NCBI GenBank assembly: GCA_037441385.1
Contig: JBBISH010000011.1
Coordinates: 1-64,000, forward strand
Direction of reading: 5' to 3'
Source of the DNA: Myxococcales bacterium
Lineage (GTDB): Bacteria > Myxococcota_A > UBA9042
Length of the DNA: 64,000 nucleotides
Shown: positions 55,350 through 64,000 of the stretch, one piece after another
How positions within the stretch are numbered: position 1 is the first letter of the stretch
How the letters are laid out: every line of letters starts with the position of its first letter
Made by a program: the position numbers and the translations under genes
Notes under the pieces: model-generated
What the model was told of the DNA's origin: nothing
The model's input: only the letters and a program-made list of their open reading frames with translations
Databases searched by the model: none

Positions 55350-57341
55350 ATGCGTTCTCTCTTCAATAATGCCGCTTTGCGGGCATTGGCGGTCCCGACC
55401 GCGCTGGCGGCCCTGAGCTGCGGGCCGATCGGCTGCGGCACGACTCCATCCAATGGCGGCGGAGGCACCACCGTGACCACCGACGCGGCGGGCGGCGACC
55501 TGGGCACCAAGACCGACACCGCCGCCGACACCGCCGCCGACACCGGCGCCGACACCGGCGCCGACTCCAGCGCAGTGGTCACCCCGGTGGTCAATCTGAT
55601 CGTCGACTCCAACCGCGATGGCATTGCGAAGCCGGGCGACAAGGACGACGAAGACTTCGAGACCGCGTTCGACGACAAGCACGGCGCGTCGTTCTTGCCC
55701 AATTTGGACGACGACAACAGCAACAAGAAAGAAGATTTCTACGACGAGGCCATCCCCGACGACAAGGCAGCCCAAGACCTGGCGCCGATCTTGGTCCAGG
55801 CCTGGAAAGACGTGCCAGACGGCGCCACGGCCAAGCTGACCGTGGAACCGGCCGACAAGGCGCGCATTTGGGCCAAGCTCAGCGACGGCACCTGGGGCTG
55901 GCTGGCCGGCGCCCAAGGCGTTTGCGACGGCGTGGGCGAGTGCAACGGCGTGGGCGAAGTGCAGTTCCCGCTCGACCTGCTCAAGAGCGGCGCCGAGTTG
56001 GGCTTGGAAGGTCGGCAGTTCCGCATGTCGGCGAGCGACAAGGACACCGACCCGCTGTTCTGGGACGGCCAGGTGACGGTGTCGCTGACGGTCTACGACA
56101 AGGCGGGCATGCCCTACAACAACGCACCGGGCACGGACAAGGGCACGGACAAGGTGCTGCTGCGCGTCGCGCCGTGGCTGCAAAACGGCAACTTGTCCGA
56201 GTTCGACAAGTGGACGTCGCTCAGCTGGGGCAATCAAGCCGACGCGGCGACGTTCAACGCCGACCTGGACAAGGCCCAGCAAGCCGTAGGCAGCAAGGTA
56301 ACCTACGATAAGTACACCTATTACAGCGATCAGTGGACCCAAGACTGGTACCAGACGGGCACCGTGCAGATCCCCGGCCCCAATGGCACGGTCCACGGCA
56401 TGCGCGTCTACAACGCGCGCCCCTACAGCAACGGCCCCAAGACGCTGCCGATCACCATCTTGAAGTCCAAGTTCATGGGCCCGGACCGCATTGCCATCAA
56501 GATCTACAAGAAAGACAACTTTGGCACGTCGTTCGACTCGCACGGCAACCACGACCTGCTCCCCGCCTACACCAACGGCAAGGACAGCTACCCGCTGAGT
56601 CGCATCCTGACCGGTTCGGGCGCCCTGCCCGAGACGATGGACTTCTACGCCGCCCAGCGCGTGCAGGGGCCACCGGTCGTGGTCGACACCACTTGGTTGG
56701 CGGTGGGCCACTGCGACGAGATCCTGAGCTACGCGCCCGCCAAGACCGCACGCGGCTGGAAGCTGCTGTATGCCAACGACAAGATGGCGATCGACATGTT
56801 CACGCAGCTGCAGAAGGACGGCAACGGCAAGATCGAGGTGTTCTCGGGCCGCGACGTCGAGCGCAAGGGCAAGGCCGTGACCACGCAGCCGACGATTGAC
56901 TCGGTGATGGCCGATGTGGATCTGCTCACCTCGTCTCAGGGCGCCCACGTCAAGACGGATGCGGCCGTGGAGTTGGTCAAGGGTGTGGTCGGTCTGACCG
57001 AGGACGAACTGGTGCCGATTCCGTTCCTGACCGAGGACTGGAGCAAGAACGAGATGATCGCCTGGCAGCCCGGCACCGTGAACTCGATGATTGTTTACGA
57101 TCACATCATGGCGCCGAACACCTATGGCCCGATCGTGAACGGCGCCGATGTGTTCGCCAAGGACCTGCAAGACCGCCTGGGCACCGACAAGCTGGGCTTG
57201 GGCAGCGATGGCAAGGGCATGAAGGTTCACCTGATCGACGACTGGTACGGCTACCACTTGCTCATGGGCGAAGTGCACTGCGGGACCAACCCCGAGATGC
57301 CGCCGTCGCCCAAACTGACCTGGTGGAAGGTCGTTCACTAA
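55350..57341 (+). CDS. Protein-arginine deiminase (animal PADI-type), lipoprotein
   Basis: VLLRVAPW, DQWTQD, FDSHGN, WLAVGHCDEILSY, GEVHCGTN and terminal WWK parallel PADI motifs; ALSC/IGC lipobox and (DTxA)n linker. Confidence 0.88.
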   Translation: MRSLFNNAALRALAVPTALAALSCGPIGCGTTPSNGGGGTTVTTDAAGGDLGTKTDTAADTAADTGADTGADSSAVVTPVVNLIVDSNRDGIAKPGDKDDEDFETAFDDKHGASFLPNLDDDNSNKKEDFYDEAIPDDKAAQDLAPILVQAWKDVPDGATAKLTVEPADKARIWAKLSDGTWGWLAGAQGVCDGVGECNGVGEVQFPLDLLKSGAELGLEGRQFRMSASDKDTDPLFWDGQVTVSLTVYDKAGMPYNNAPGTDKGTDKVLLRVAPWLQNGNLSEFDKWTSLSWGNQADAATFNADLDKAQQAVGSKVTYDKYTYYSDQWTQDWYQTGTVQIPGPNGTVHGMRVYNARPYSNGPKTLPITILKSKFMGPDRIAIKIYKKDNFGTSFDSHGNHDLLPAYTNGKDSYPLSRILTGSGALPETMDFYAAQRVQGPPVVVDTTWLAVGHCDEILSYAPAKTARGWKLLYANDKMAIDMFTQLQKDGNGKIEVFSGRDVERKGKAVTTQPTIDSVMADVDLLTSSQGAHVKTDAAVELVKGVVGLTEDELVPIPFLTEDWSKNEMIAWQPGTVNSMIVYDHIMAPNTYGPIVNGADVFAKDLQDRLGTDKLGLGSDGKGMKVHLIDDWYGYHLLMGEVHCGTNPEMPPSPKLTWWKVVH

Positions 57342-57369
57342 GCCAAGCTGCACCCAAGGAACCGGAGGA

Positions 57370-58329
57370 ATGATGAAGACTTTTGCAATCAAGCTTGGTG
57401 CGGTCGCGCTGGGCAGCCTGTTCGCCGCCACGGCCATGGCGGCCCCTGCGGGCGGCCTGCTGCTGAAACCCGACCAACTGCCGACGGCGGCGCGCACGGC
57501 ACTGACCAGCGCCTACAACGCCGAAAAGGCCCAACATCCCGAGCGTTTTGAGGCCGTCGCCGCGGTGCGCGACTGCACGGCCGCGGGCTACGTGGGCAAG
57601 CGCAATCCCAAGCCGCAGTGCATGCCCGAGCTGCACAACCTGGGCCGCGAGTACGGCCTGGCGATGTTGTCGGGCTTGGTGTTCGAAGCGCCGCGCACCC
57701 GCGACGGGCACGTGCCCTACGGTACGGCCGCCGAGCAGCAGGCCTATGTCAAGGCCGTGCTCGAGTCGGTGGGCCGCTTCCGTATGCCGATCGCCGCGCC
57801 CGTGCTGTACGCCAGCCTGATGCACGGCAATTCGGCCCACTGGCAATCGGCGGCAGACGCGCTGGGTCGCCTGGGCGGCGATGCCGAGGCGCGGGCGCTG
57901 ATCGACTTGGCGAGCGCAGACAACCCGCGGCAATTGGCGGCCATCAGCGGCCTGGGTGAGTGCCGGCGCGTGGATGCGGCGGCGGCCCTAGCGTCGCTGC
58001 TGGGCAAGCACCCGCAAGGCGAGCAGCTTGCGATGGTGGCGGACTCGCTGGGTCGCGTTGCCTCGGCGTGGGGCTGGCAGGCGATGGGTGCGGGCAAGGC
58101 GGCCATGGGCTTGGAAGTGCGCACGATCGCAGCCAAAGCGGCCGTGCAGGCGCTGGCGACCTACAGCGATGCCACCGGACTGGAGCAGGTTCGCCAGGCG
58201 CTTTGGATGGCCGAGCACCCCGAGACGGTGGCGATGCTGCAGGCAGGTGGCCAGAACGCCGCGGCCGACGTCCGCTTGCGTCTGGAAGCGTTGGCGCGGC
58301 GCTACCAGATCTATATGGCGCGCCGGTAG
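57370..58329 (+). CDS. Secreted HEAT-repeat-like protein
   Basis: GGAGG RBS; signal peptide (TAMA); AADALGRLG, AAISGLG, VADSLGRV helical repeats. Confidence 0.65.
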   Translation: MMKTFAIKLGAVALGSLFAATAMAAPAGGLLLKPDQLPTAARTALTSAYNAEKAQHPERFEAVAAVRDCTAAGYVGKRNPKPQCMPELHNLGREYGLAMLSGLVFEAPRTRDGHVPYGTAAEQQAYVKAVLESVGRFRMPIAAPVLYASLMHGNSAHWQSAADALGRLGGDAEARALIDLASADNPRQLAAISGLGECRRVDAAAALASLLGKHPQGEQLAMVADSLGRVASAWGWQAMGAGKAAMGLEVRTIAAKAAVQALATYSDATGLEQVRQALWMAEHPETVAMLQAGGQNAAADVRLRLEALARRYQIYMARR

Positions 58330-58344
58330 GCCCACGGCATCCGC

Positions 58345-59601
58345 GTGAGAGTGGCTCCTCGGCTTTGGCTGTGCCCCTTCGCGGCCTTGGCGATCGGTGC
58401 GTCCAGCGGCGGCTGGGCTCAACCGCGACCGGCGGGCGAGGTCAAGACCGGTGAGCGAGTGCTGGGCGATGACGCCGATCCCGCCGCCGAACGCCGCGTG
58501 GACTTCTTGAGTGGCGGGGCGCTGACCGCAGCCAAAGCCGGAACAGGCTTGGCCGTAGCGGCGCCCAACCCGCCCGCATGGCTTAGCCATTGGATTCGGC
58601 GCTTTCGCGAGGCGGCGCAACCGCAGCAGGTGGCCCGCTTTCCGCTGACCCATCCGCTGACCCAGCGCGACGCCAAAGTGCTGACCTTGCAGCGCCGCGC
58701 GGGCACTGAAGTGCTGCAACCGGCGATGCTGGCGTGGAGCGAGCTGCTGTGTCCGGCGGCCGCCAAACCCATGCAACGGCTGGATGTGCAGGCTCAGCCG
58801 CTGTGGCAGTTCGAAGACGGCCGCCTGGATCTGGGCTTGGAATTGATTTGCCGCAAGACCGATCAGGTGGTCGCGCGGGCCGTGCGGCTGGTGGCCGAAG
58901 CCGACGCATTGGGTAGGGTGACAGCGGTGTATGGTCTGCGGCTAGAGGGCGAGCAGGCCACTTTGAGTGCGCCCGCGGGCGACGCTCGTCTGACCTGGCC
59001 GCTGGAGCCGGCAGAATTGACGCAGCGCCGGCCCGCCTGGCAGTTGGAGCAGCACTTGGGTTGGCTGGTGCAACTGCAGTGGCTGCCGCGGCTGCGCTGG
59101 ACGGTCGACGAAGGCCTGCCGCAATTGGAGTCGCTGGGCGACGACGACGCCATGGAACTGGGGAAGCTGCCGGTCCGGTTGCTGCTGGTGTTCGAGCAAC
59201 ATGGGGCGCCGCGCGCCCGTTTGCTGGTCCACGGTGCGCCGTTGCCGCGCAGCAACGCGGTGCGCCAGCCGCTGTCGCGCGAGTCCGCCGACACGCTGCA
59301 ACTAGGCGATCAGGCCGGGCTTTGGCTGACGCAGCGGCTCGCCCTGCAGGGCGACGACCACGGCGCCAAGCTGGCCACCGTGCAGTTTTGGCACCTGAGC
59401 GACGCGGGCGTCCAGCCCTGGCCGGCGCAGCTGCCGATGTTGGACCTGGAGGGCCTGTGGCAGTGCCACGCGGTGCTGGATCAAAAGCGACTGCGGTGCG
59501 CGTTCTTGGCGGCCGGCGCAGCCGTGCAAGTCCAAGTGCCGGACCGGACGCTCAAGCCCGACTTCAAAGCTCGGCAATTTGCCGAAGACGCGAGCGAATA
59601 G
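58345..59601 (+). CDS. Hypothetical secreted protein
   Basis: Long ORF in operon order; signal-like N-terminus; no recognised motif. Confidence 0.5.
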   Translation: MRVAPRLWLCPFAALAIGASSGGWAQPRPAGEVKTGERVLGDDADPAAERRVDFLSGGALTAAKAGTGLAVAAPNPPAWLSHWIRRFREAAQPQQVARFPLTHPLTQRDAKVLTLQRRAGTEVLQPAMLAWSELLCPAAAKPMQRLDVQAQPLWQFEDGRLDLGLELICRKTDQVVARAVRLVAEADALGRVTAVYGLRLEGEQATLSAPAGDARLTWPLEPAELTQRRPAWQLEQHLGWLVQLQWLPRLRWTVDEGLPQLESLGDDDAMELGKLPVRLLLVFEQHGAPRARLLVHGAPLPRSNAVRQPLSRESADTLQLGDQAGLWLTQRLALQGDDHGAKLATVQFWHLSDAGVQPWPAQLPMLDLEGLWQCHAVLDQKRLRCAFLAAGAAVQVQVPDRTLKPDFKARQFAEDASE

Positions 59602-59604
59602 GTC

Positions 59605-61563
59605 ATGCGCCGGCCTCGCTGGGCGACGGGATGGATCCCGCTGGCGCTGCTGGCCTGTCTGGCGTGGTCCAAGCTGGCGCAGGCCGACGAGCCGGCGCAG
59701 GCGGTGCGGGACTGGCGGGCTCCGGCGGGCACACAAGTTACCGTTACTCCAGGCGATCCGGCTACCGTGTGGCTGCTGCGTGGGGACCAAAGTCTGCGAG
59801 TGCTGCTGGCGCGCAGGCCGACAGACGGTGTGCCGCACGGGGCCCATGCCCTGCCCTCGCTGATTTGGTTCACGGACCCGCGGCAACCGTCGCCCGACTG
59901 GCAGCCGGTGCTGGACAGCCTGGACCAGGCGCTAAGACGGACGGATCACGGACAGTTTCGCGATCGGGCGCATGCGCCGACGCCGCAACACGCGCCGCCA
60001 CCGCCGTTGTTGCTTAGCCTGACCTGGCTGCTGCTGGCCCTGGCGGCGGTGGCTTTGCCGTGGGCCCTGTGGCGATCGCTACGGATCGTGCGCAATCACC
60101 TGTCTGCATGGGAGATCGCCGCGGGACTGGCCCTTGCCCTGCTGCCGCGGGTCTTTGCGCCCCACCGGATGGTGATGGTGCACTTTGGCTACCTGCACGT
60201 GGACCAAGCGCGCACATTGGCCGAGCTGCCGCGCTATGGGCCGGCGACGACGCTTCTGGACCACGCTTGGTTCGCGCTGGTGGGTGCGCACCACGCGGCC
60301 GTGCAGTGGCTTCACGTGGGCCTGGGCACGTTGACGGTGTTGCCGATGGCCGCAATGGCGCTGCGCTTGGGCGGGCCGATTGCGGCGCGTTGGATGGCGG
60401 TGCTGGTGGCGTTGGCGCCGTTTTCTTGGCTGGATCACGGCTCGGAGTCGATGCTGGTGCCGGCGATGTTGGCGTGGTGGTCGGCGCTGGTCCTGCTGGA
60501 AGACTACCTGGTTTGGCGCAGTGGCTGGCTGCTGGGCCAGGCTGCGGTGCTGTTGGCGCTGACGGGCCTGTGTCGCCCCGATGCGCTGCTGATGGCGCTG
60601 CCCACGGCGGCTCTGGTGGTTTGGCCCGGCGTGGGCAGTCGCCGGCTCGCAGGGCCGCTGGCGGTGGCGGCGGTGGTGATCGGCCTGCTGTGGCTGCCGG
60701 ACATCGCCTACCTGCAGGAACGCACTGCAGAAGACGTGGCGATGGGCAACCTACCGCGGTTGGCGGAGGGATTCGGCGATCTGCCGCGGCGGTTTCTGCA
60801 CGGCTGGCTACCCCTGGACCCGCTTTGGTTCCCGGCGGGGGCGACGCTCCTGGCCACGTTGGGCCTGGCGATGGGCCACCGCGGTCCCGTGGTGCGCGTG
60901 TGGGCGGCCGCGTTGCTGTGGGCGCTGCCGATGTTCGTCGACTTCAACGACACGTCGAAACTGCGGCTCCACGCCCCGTCTGCCCTGTTGATTTTGCTGG
61001 CGGCAGCCCTGGTGACGGCGCGTGTGCACGCCCAGACCGTGTCCCGGCTGGCGCTGTGGGTGGGTGGCGGGCTTTTGGCGGCCAGCGCCCTGTTCACGGC
61101 GCCGGCCGTGCTGGCACCGCAACTGTCCGACGCCAGTGAGGAAGTGATGGCCCAGGCCGCCGCGCTGGCCCGCGATGGCAGGCCCACCGCGCTGGTGGTG
61201 CGCAGTTTTGTCGACGAACCGGCGCGCGGCGTGCACCTGTTCTGGCCCGACTACTTGCTGGAACCGGGCGACCGCTGGCTGTCCGTCCGCGACTGGCAAG
61301 CGGGGGCGTTGCGGCCTGGCGAGCAGGTCCTGGGGGTGGTCGACGTCCGCTGCTGGGCGCACCTGACCGAGCAGCGGCCGCAACTGGGCAACCACGGGCT
61401 GCACCCGGCGTGCCAGCGACTGCTCGAGGCGGGCGCCCCCGTCCTGTGGCGACAGGATGTGATCAATGTGGACGAGCGCGGGTTTGCGTGGTATGTGCCC
61501 GCTGCGGACGCGCCCACGTTCACTCAGCAGGTGCTGGGCCCGCTTCCCAATCCGCCGCGATAG
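59605..61563 (+). CDS. Polytopic membrane protein (possible GT-C fold)
   Basis: More than 10 hydrophobic segments; RPD motif after a TM helix; soluble C-terminal domain. Confidence 0.6.
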   Translation: MRRPRWATGWIPLALLACLAWSKLAQADEPAQAVRDWRAPAGTQVTVTPGDPATVWLLRGDQSLRVLLARRPTDGVPHGAHALPSLIWFTDPRQPSPDWQPVLDSLDQALRRTDHGQFRDRAHAPTPQHAPPPPLLLSLTWLLLALAAVALPWALWRSLRIVRNHLSAWEIAAGLALALLPRVFAPHRMVMVHFGYLHVDQARTLAELPRYGPATTLLDHAWFALVGAHHAAVQWLHVGLGTLTVLPMAAMALRLGGPIAARWMAVLVALAPFSWLDHGSESMLVPAMLAWWSALVLLEDYLVWRSGWLLGQAAVLLALTGLCRPDALLMALPTAALVVWPGVGSRRLAGPLAVAAVVIGLLWLPDIAYLQERTAEDVAMGNLPRLAEGFGDLPRRFLHGWLPLDPLWFPAGATLLATLGLAMGHRGPVVRVWAAALLWALPMFVDFNDTSKLRLHAPSALLILLAAALVTARVHAQTVSRLALWVGGGLLAASALFTAPAVLAPQLSDASEEVMAQAAALARDGRPTALVVRSFVDEPARGVHLFWPDYLLEPGDRWLSVRDWQAGALRPGEQVLGVVDVRCWAHLTEQRPQLGNHGLHPACQRLLEAGAPVLWRQDVINVDERGFAWYVPAADAPTFTQQVLGPLPNPPR

Positions 61564-61568
61564 ACACC

Positions 61569-63074
61569 CTATTGGCAGGCGGTGCAGGTCGACCCGGCGC
61601 AGCTGGCGCCCTTGCCGCCGGCCGCCGTGCAGCAGTCGCCGCCGTTCATGCACTCCGCGTCGCACCAGCAGCCCAACGCCGTGTTCTGCTTGCCGCAGAA
61701 GCCGTCACAGGGGTGGGTCTTGCAGTCGCTGGCGCACGAGGTAGAGGTCTCGCCCGTTTCGCAGACGCCGTTGCCGCACTTGGGCGTCACCTGGCACTGG
61801 CCGGTGGCATCGACGCACTGGCTTCCAGTCGGGCAGACGCCGCAGTTGCCGCCGCAGCCATCGGGCCCGCACTTTTTGCCGGTGCAGGCCGGCGTGCAGG
61901 TGCAGTAGGTGGGGTAGTCCGCACAACAATCGCCGTTTGACTTGCACAGCTTGTCGCAGTAGCAAATGGTGCCCTTGTCGTCAACGGCGGACAGACCGCA
62001 GCGCCCCTTGCAACCCGATGTGTTGACTGCACAATCAGCTGGGCAGCTCTTGAAGTTTTCGGTGATCGAGCAGGTGCCATCGCCGCACCCGGGCAGTGTG
62101 CTAGGGCAGTCTTTGGGGCACAGCGCGGTCGTCTCGCCATTTTCGCAGGTGCCATTGCCGCACACCGCCACGTTCTTGCAGTCTTTGGGGCAAGTTGCGG
62201 TGGTTTCCTTGGTGCTGCACTTGCCGTCGCCGCAGACATAGCCGGCCTTGGACACGCACACGTTGACGTAGTCGCCTTTGACGTTCTGCACTTCCGTGCA
62301 GGTCCAGTCCGTCGGGCACACGTCGATGCACTCCTGTGGGCAGGTCTTCTTGTTGGACCCCGAGGTATGGCAGACCCCGATGCTACAATCCGCGTCGCCC
62401 GTGCAAACACACGCGGTGCCGCCCGGGCACTGGTTGGCGCAGTCCTTGGTGCAGCTGGCGGCCGACTCGCCCGCCTCGCAGACGCCATTGCCGCACTTGG
62501 GATTGGGGCAATCGCCCAGGCAGTTCAGCGTGTTCTCGCCGATTTCGCATACACCGTTGCCGCAGACTGCGTTGGGGTCGACCAGGTCCGCCGCGGCCGC
62601 GTCGGCATCTGCGCCCCCAGCGGTATCGGGCTCGACCGTGTCGGCGGGCGCCACGCTGTCTTTGGCGGCCACGTCTGGCTCAGCGGTATCCGGGGGCGCG
62701 TCAGCGTCCGTCTGCCCGCTGGCGTCCTCGCTGCTTTTCAGGTCCGCGCCGGCGTCTTGGCCCCCGGTGGCGGTGCCCTTGCAGGTGCCTTGAATGGTGG
62801 GGCCGCTGACGATCTCGATGCAGTACTGCCCCGCCGGGCAGGCGATCACCAACTGCCAGGTGCTGGCCTCGCACGCCACGACGATGGCGCCCTCGGACGA
62901 CTGGTAGCACGCCGTGCTGCCGGCAGCGTAGCTGCACGGTTGCCCCGGAGCGCCGCCCACGGGGGCCGGAGCGCCGCCGCTGGTGGTGCTGCTTCCGCAT
63001 GCGGCCAAGGTCGCCGCGGCCAACACAGTGGCAAGCCGGAACGCCAGGGATCGGAATGGGTTGGCGAAGGGCAT
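61569..63074 (-). CDS. Cys-rich lipoprotein with six CG(N/D)GxC..E....C..DC repeats and somatomedin-B-like domains
   Basis: TLAAC lipobox; six repeats counted; CKGRCG...CYCDKLCKSNGDCCADYPTYC. Confidence 0.85.
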   Translation of the reverse strand: MPFANPFRSLAFRLATVLAAATLAACGSSTTSGGAPAPVGGAPGQPCSYAAGSTACYQSSEGAIVVACEASTWQLVIACPAGQYCIEIVSGPTIQGTCKGTATGGQDAGADLKSSEDASGQTDADAPPDTAEPDVAAKDSVAPADTVEPDTAGGADADAAAADLVDPNAVCGNGVCEIGENTLNCLGDCPNPKCGNGVCEAGESAASCTKDCANQCPGGTACVCTGDADCSIGVCHTSGSNKKTCPQECIDVCPTDWTCTEVQNVKGDYVNVCVSKAGYVCGDGKCSTKETTATCPKDCKNVAVCGNGTCENGETTALCPKDCPSTLPGCGDGTCSITENFKSCPADCAVNTSGCKGRCGLSAVDDKGTICYCDKLCKSNGDCCADYPTYCTCTPACTGKKCGPDGCGGNCGVCPTGSQCVDATGQCQVTPKCGNGVCETGETSTSCASDCKTHPCDGFCGKQNTALGCWCDAECMNGGDCCTAAGGKGASCAGSTCTACQ

Positions 63075-63091
63075 AGCAGGCCAGCCTTGGG

Positions 63092-63628
63092 CTACTGGGT
63101 ACGCCGGCAGCGGTTGTCGGTGCAGGCGGCGGCCGGTCCCAGCCAACTAGCGGGGCACGCGGCAGAACCGGCGCAGGCCACGGTCAGGCAAGCCTCGCCG
63201 CCACACAGGCCGCTTTCGCAGCCATTGTCGGTCGTTCCGGTGCACACCGCCGCCATGTCGGCCACGACATCCACGTGCGACTGCACTTGCGAGGTCTTGC
63301 CGTGATCGTCTTGCACCGCCAGCAGGATGTCGTACGACCCCGGCGAGTCGAACACGTGGGTCCACTCGGGCGCGCCGGTCTCGTAGACTGGAGTCCCGTC
63401 CGAAACTTCAAAACGGTAGCGGGCAATGCGTGCACTCAGGTCCGGCCGGTTCGCCACCAGCGCCACCGCGGTGGGCGCCGCCGACATGACGAGCGTCTGG
63501 CCAACCCGCACCGTCTGCGGATGGGCCAGCCCGGCGACCGGCGCCGGCAGCTCGACCACAAGCTCGCTGTCTTGGCAGGCGATCAAGCTTGCCGCGATCG
63601 CCAGAATGCCTGCGCTACGCCACCACAT
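63092..63628 (-). CDS. PKD-domain lipoprotein
   Basis: SLIAC lipobox; HVFDSPGSYDILLAVQDDHG PKD motif; Cys-rich tail. Confidence 0.7.
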   Translation of the reverse strand: MWWRSAGILAIAASLIACQDSELVVELPAPVAGLAHPQTVRVGQTLVMSAAPTAVALVANRPDLSARIARYRFEVSDGTPVYETGAPEWTHVFDSPGSYDILLAVQDDHGKTSQVQSHVDVVADMAAVCTGTTDNGCESGLCGGEACLTVACAGSAACPASWLGPAAACTDNRCRRTQ

Positions 63629-64000
63629 GACCCACCACATCGTGTTCGCCGGCCTCGGTGACGTGCACCTGCCGGAACTGCCCGCGGCCAATGTCGCGCG
63701 GGGCGTCGTTGATGTAGACCACGCCGTCGATCTCGGGCGCCTGACCGGGCAGGCGGCCCTGCAGCAGCAGGTCGGTCTCGTCGCTCAACCCCTCGACCAA
63801 GACCTCGAATTCGCGGCCGACGTAGCCCTGCAGGATTTCGGCAGAAATCTGCTGTTGCACCGCCATCACCTCGTCGCGCCGCGCCGTCTTGACCGCGGTG
63901 GGCACTTGATTGCCCAGCCTGGCAGACAGCGTACCCTCCTCGCGCGAATAGGCAAAACAACCGACGCGGTGGAAGCGCTGCTCGCGCACGAAATCCAAAA
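63615..64000 (-). CDS. rimO: Ribosomal protein S12 methylthiotransferase, C-terminal part (5'-truncated by window edge)
   Basis: GCFAYSREEGT and TRAM domain GRLPGQAPEIDGVVYI. Confidence 0.85.
   Translation of the reverse strand, partial: LDFVREQRFHRVGCFAYSREEGTLSARLGNQVPTAVKTARRDEVMAVQQQISAEILQGYVGREFEVLVEGLSDETDLLLQGRLPGQAPEIDGVVYINDAPRDIGRGQFRQVHVTEAGEHDVVGHVVA

Overview
GC-rich bacterial chromosomal window. The Cys-rich lipoproteins, Asp/Ala/Thr linkers, TPR proteins, DUF2169 and multiheme cytochromes suggest a Myxococcota/deltaproteobacterial lineage (inference). No integrase, transposase, phage or CRISPR signal was seen. Left to right it holds: a partial Cys-rich lipoprotein, yaeQ and an M20 peptidase; iorA plus an iorB fused to an ADP-forming acyl-CoA synthetase; an aryl-polyene-like type II FAS/PKS block; tRNA-Ala(GGC); an OPA-family MFS transporter; an orphan DUF2169 protein with a large internal insertion; a pseudokinase, a class II aldolase, a deoxynucleoside kinase and a lipase-like lipoprotein/beta-barrel pair. 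Then comes a four-gene porin-cytochrome locus behind a sigma54-type promoter (37711-46192, about 48 heme-binding motifs, including a 26-motif lipoprotein built from tandem ~60-aa di-heme repeats). After it are glpD, an IMPase and a CPBP protease, followed by eukaryote-like surface proteins (Ig-repeat plus BPI/LBP-like lipoprotein, animal-type protein-arginine deiminase lipoprotein, somatomedin-B/Cys-repeat lipoprotein) and partial rimO. Several intergenic repeats were found by eye, including a ~118-bp element present twice. All calls come from motif recognition without database searches. The most notable candidates are the modular heme-wire conduit and the BPI-like/PAD gene pair.
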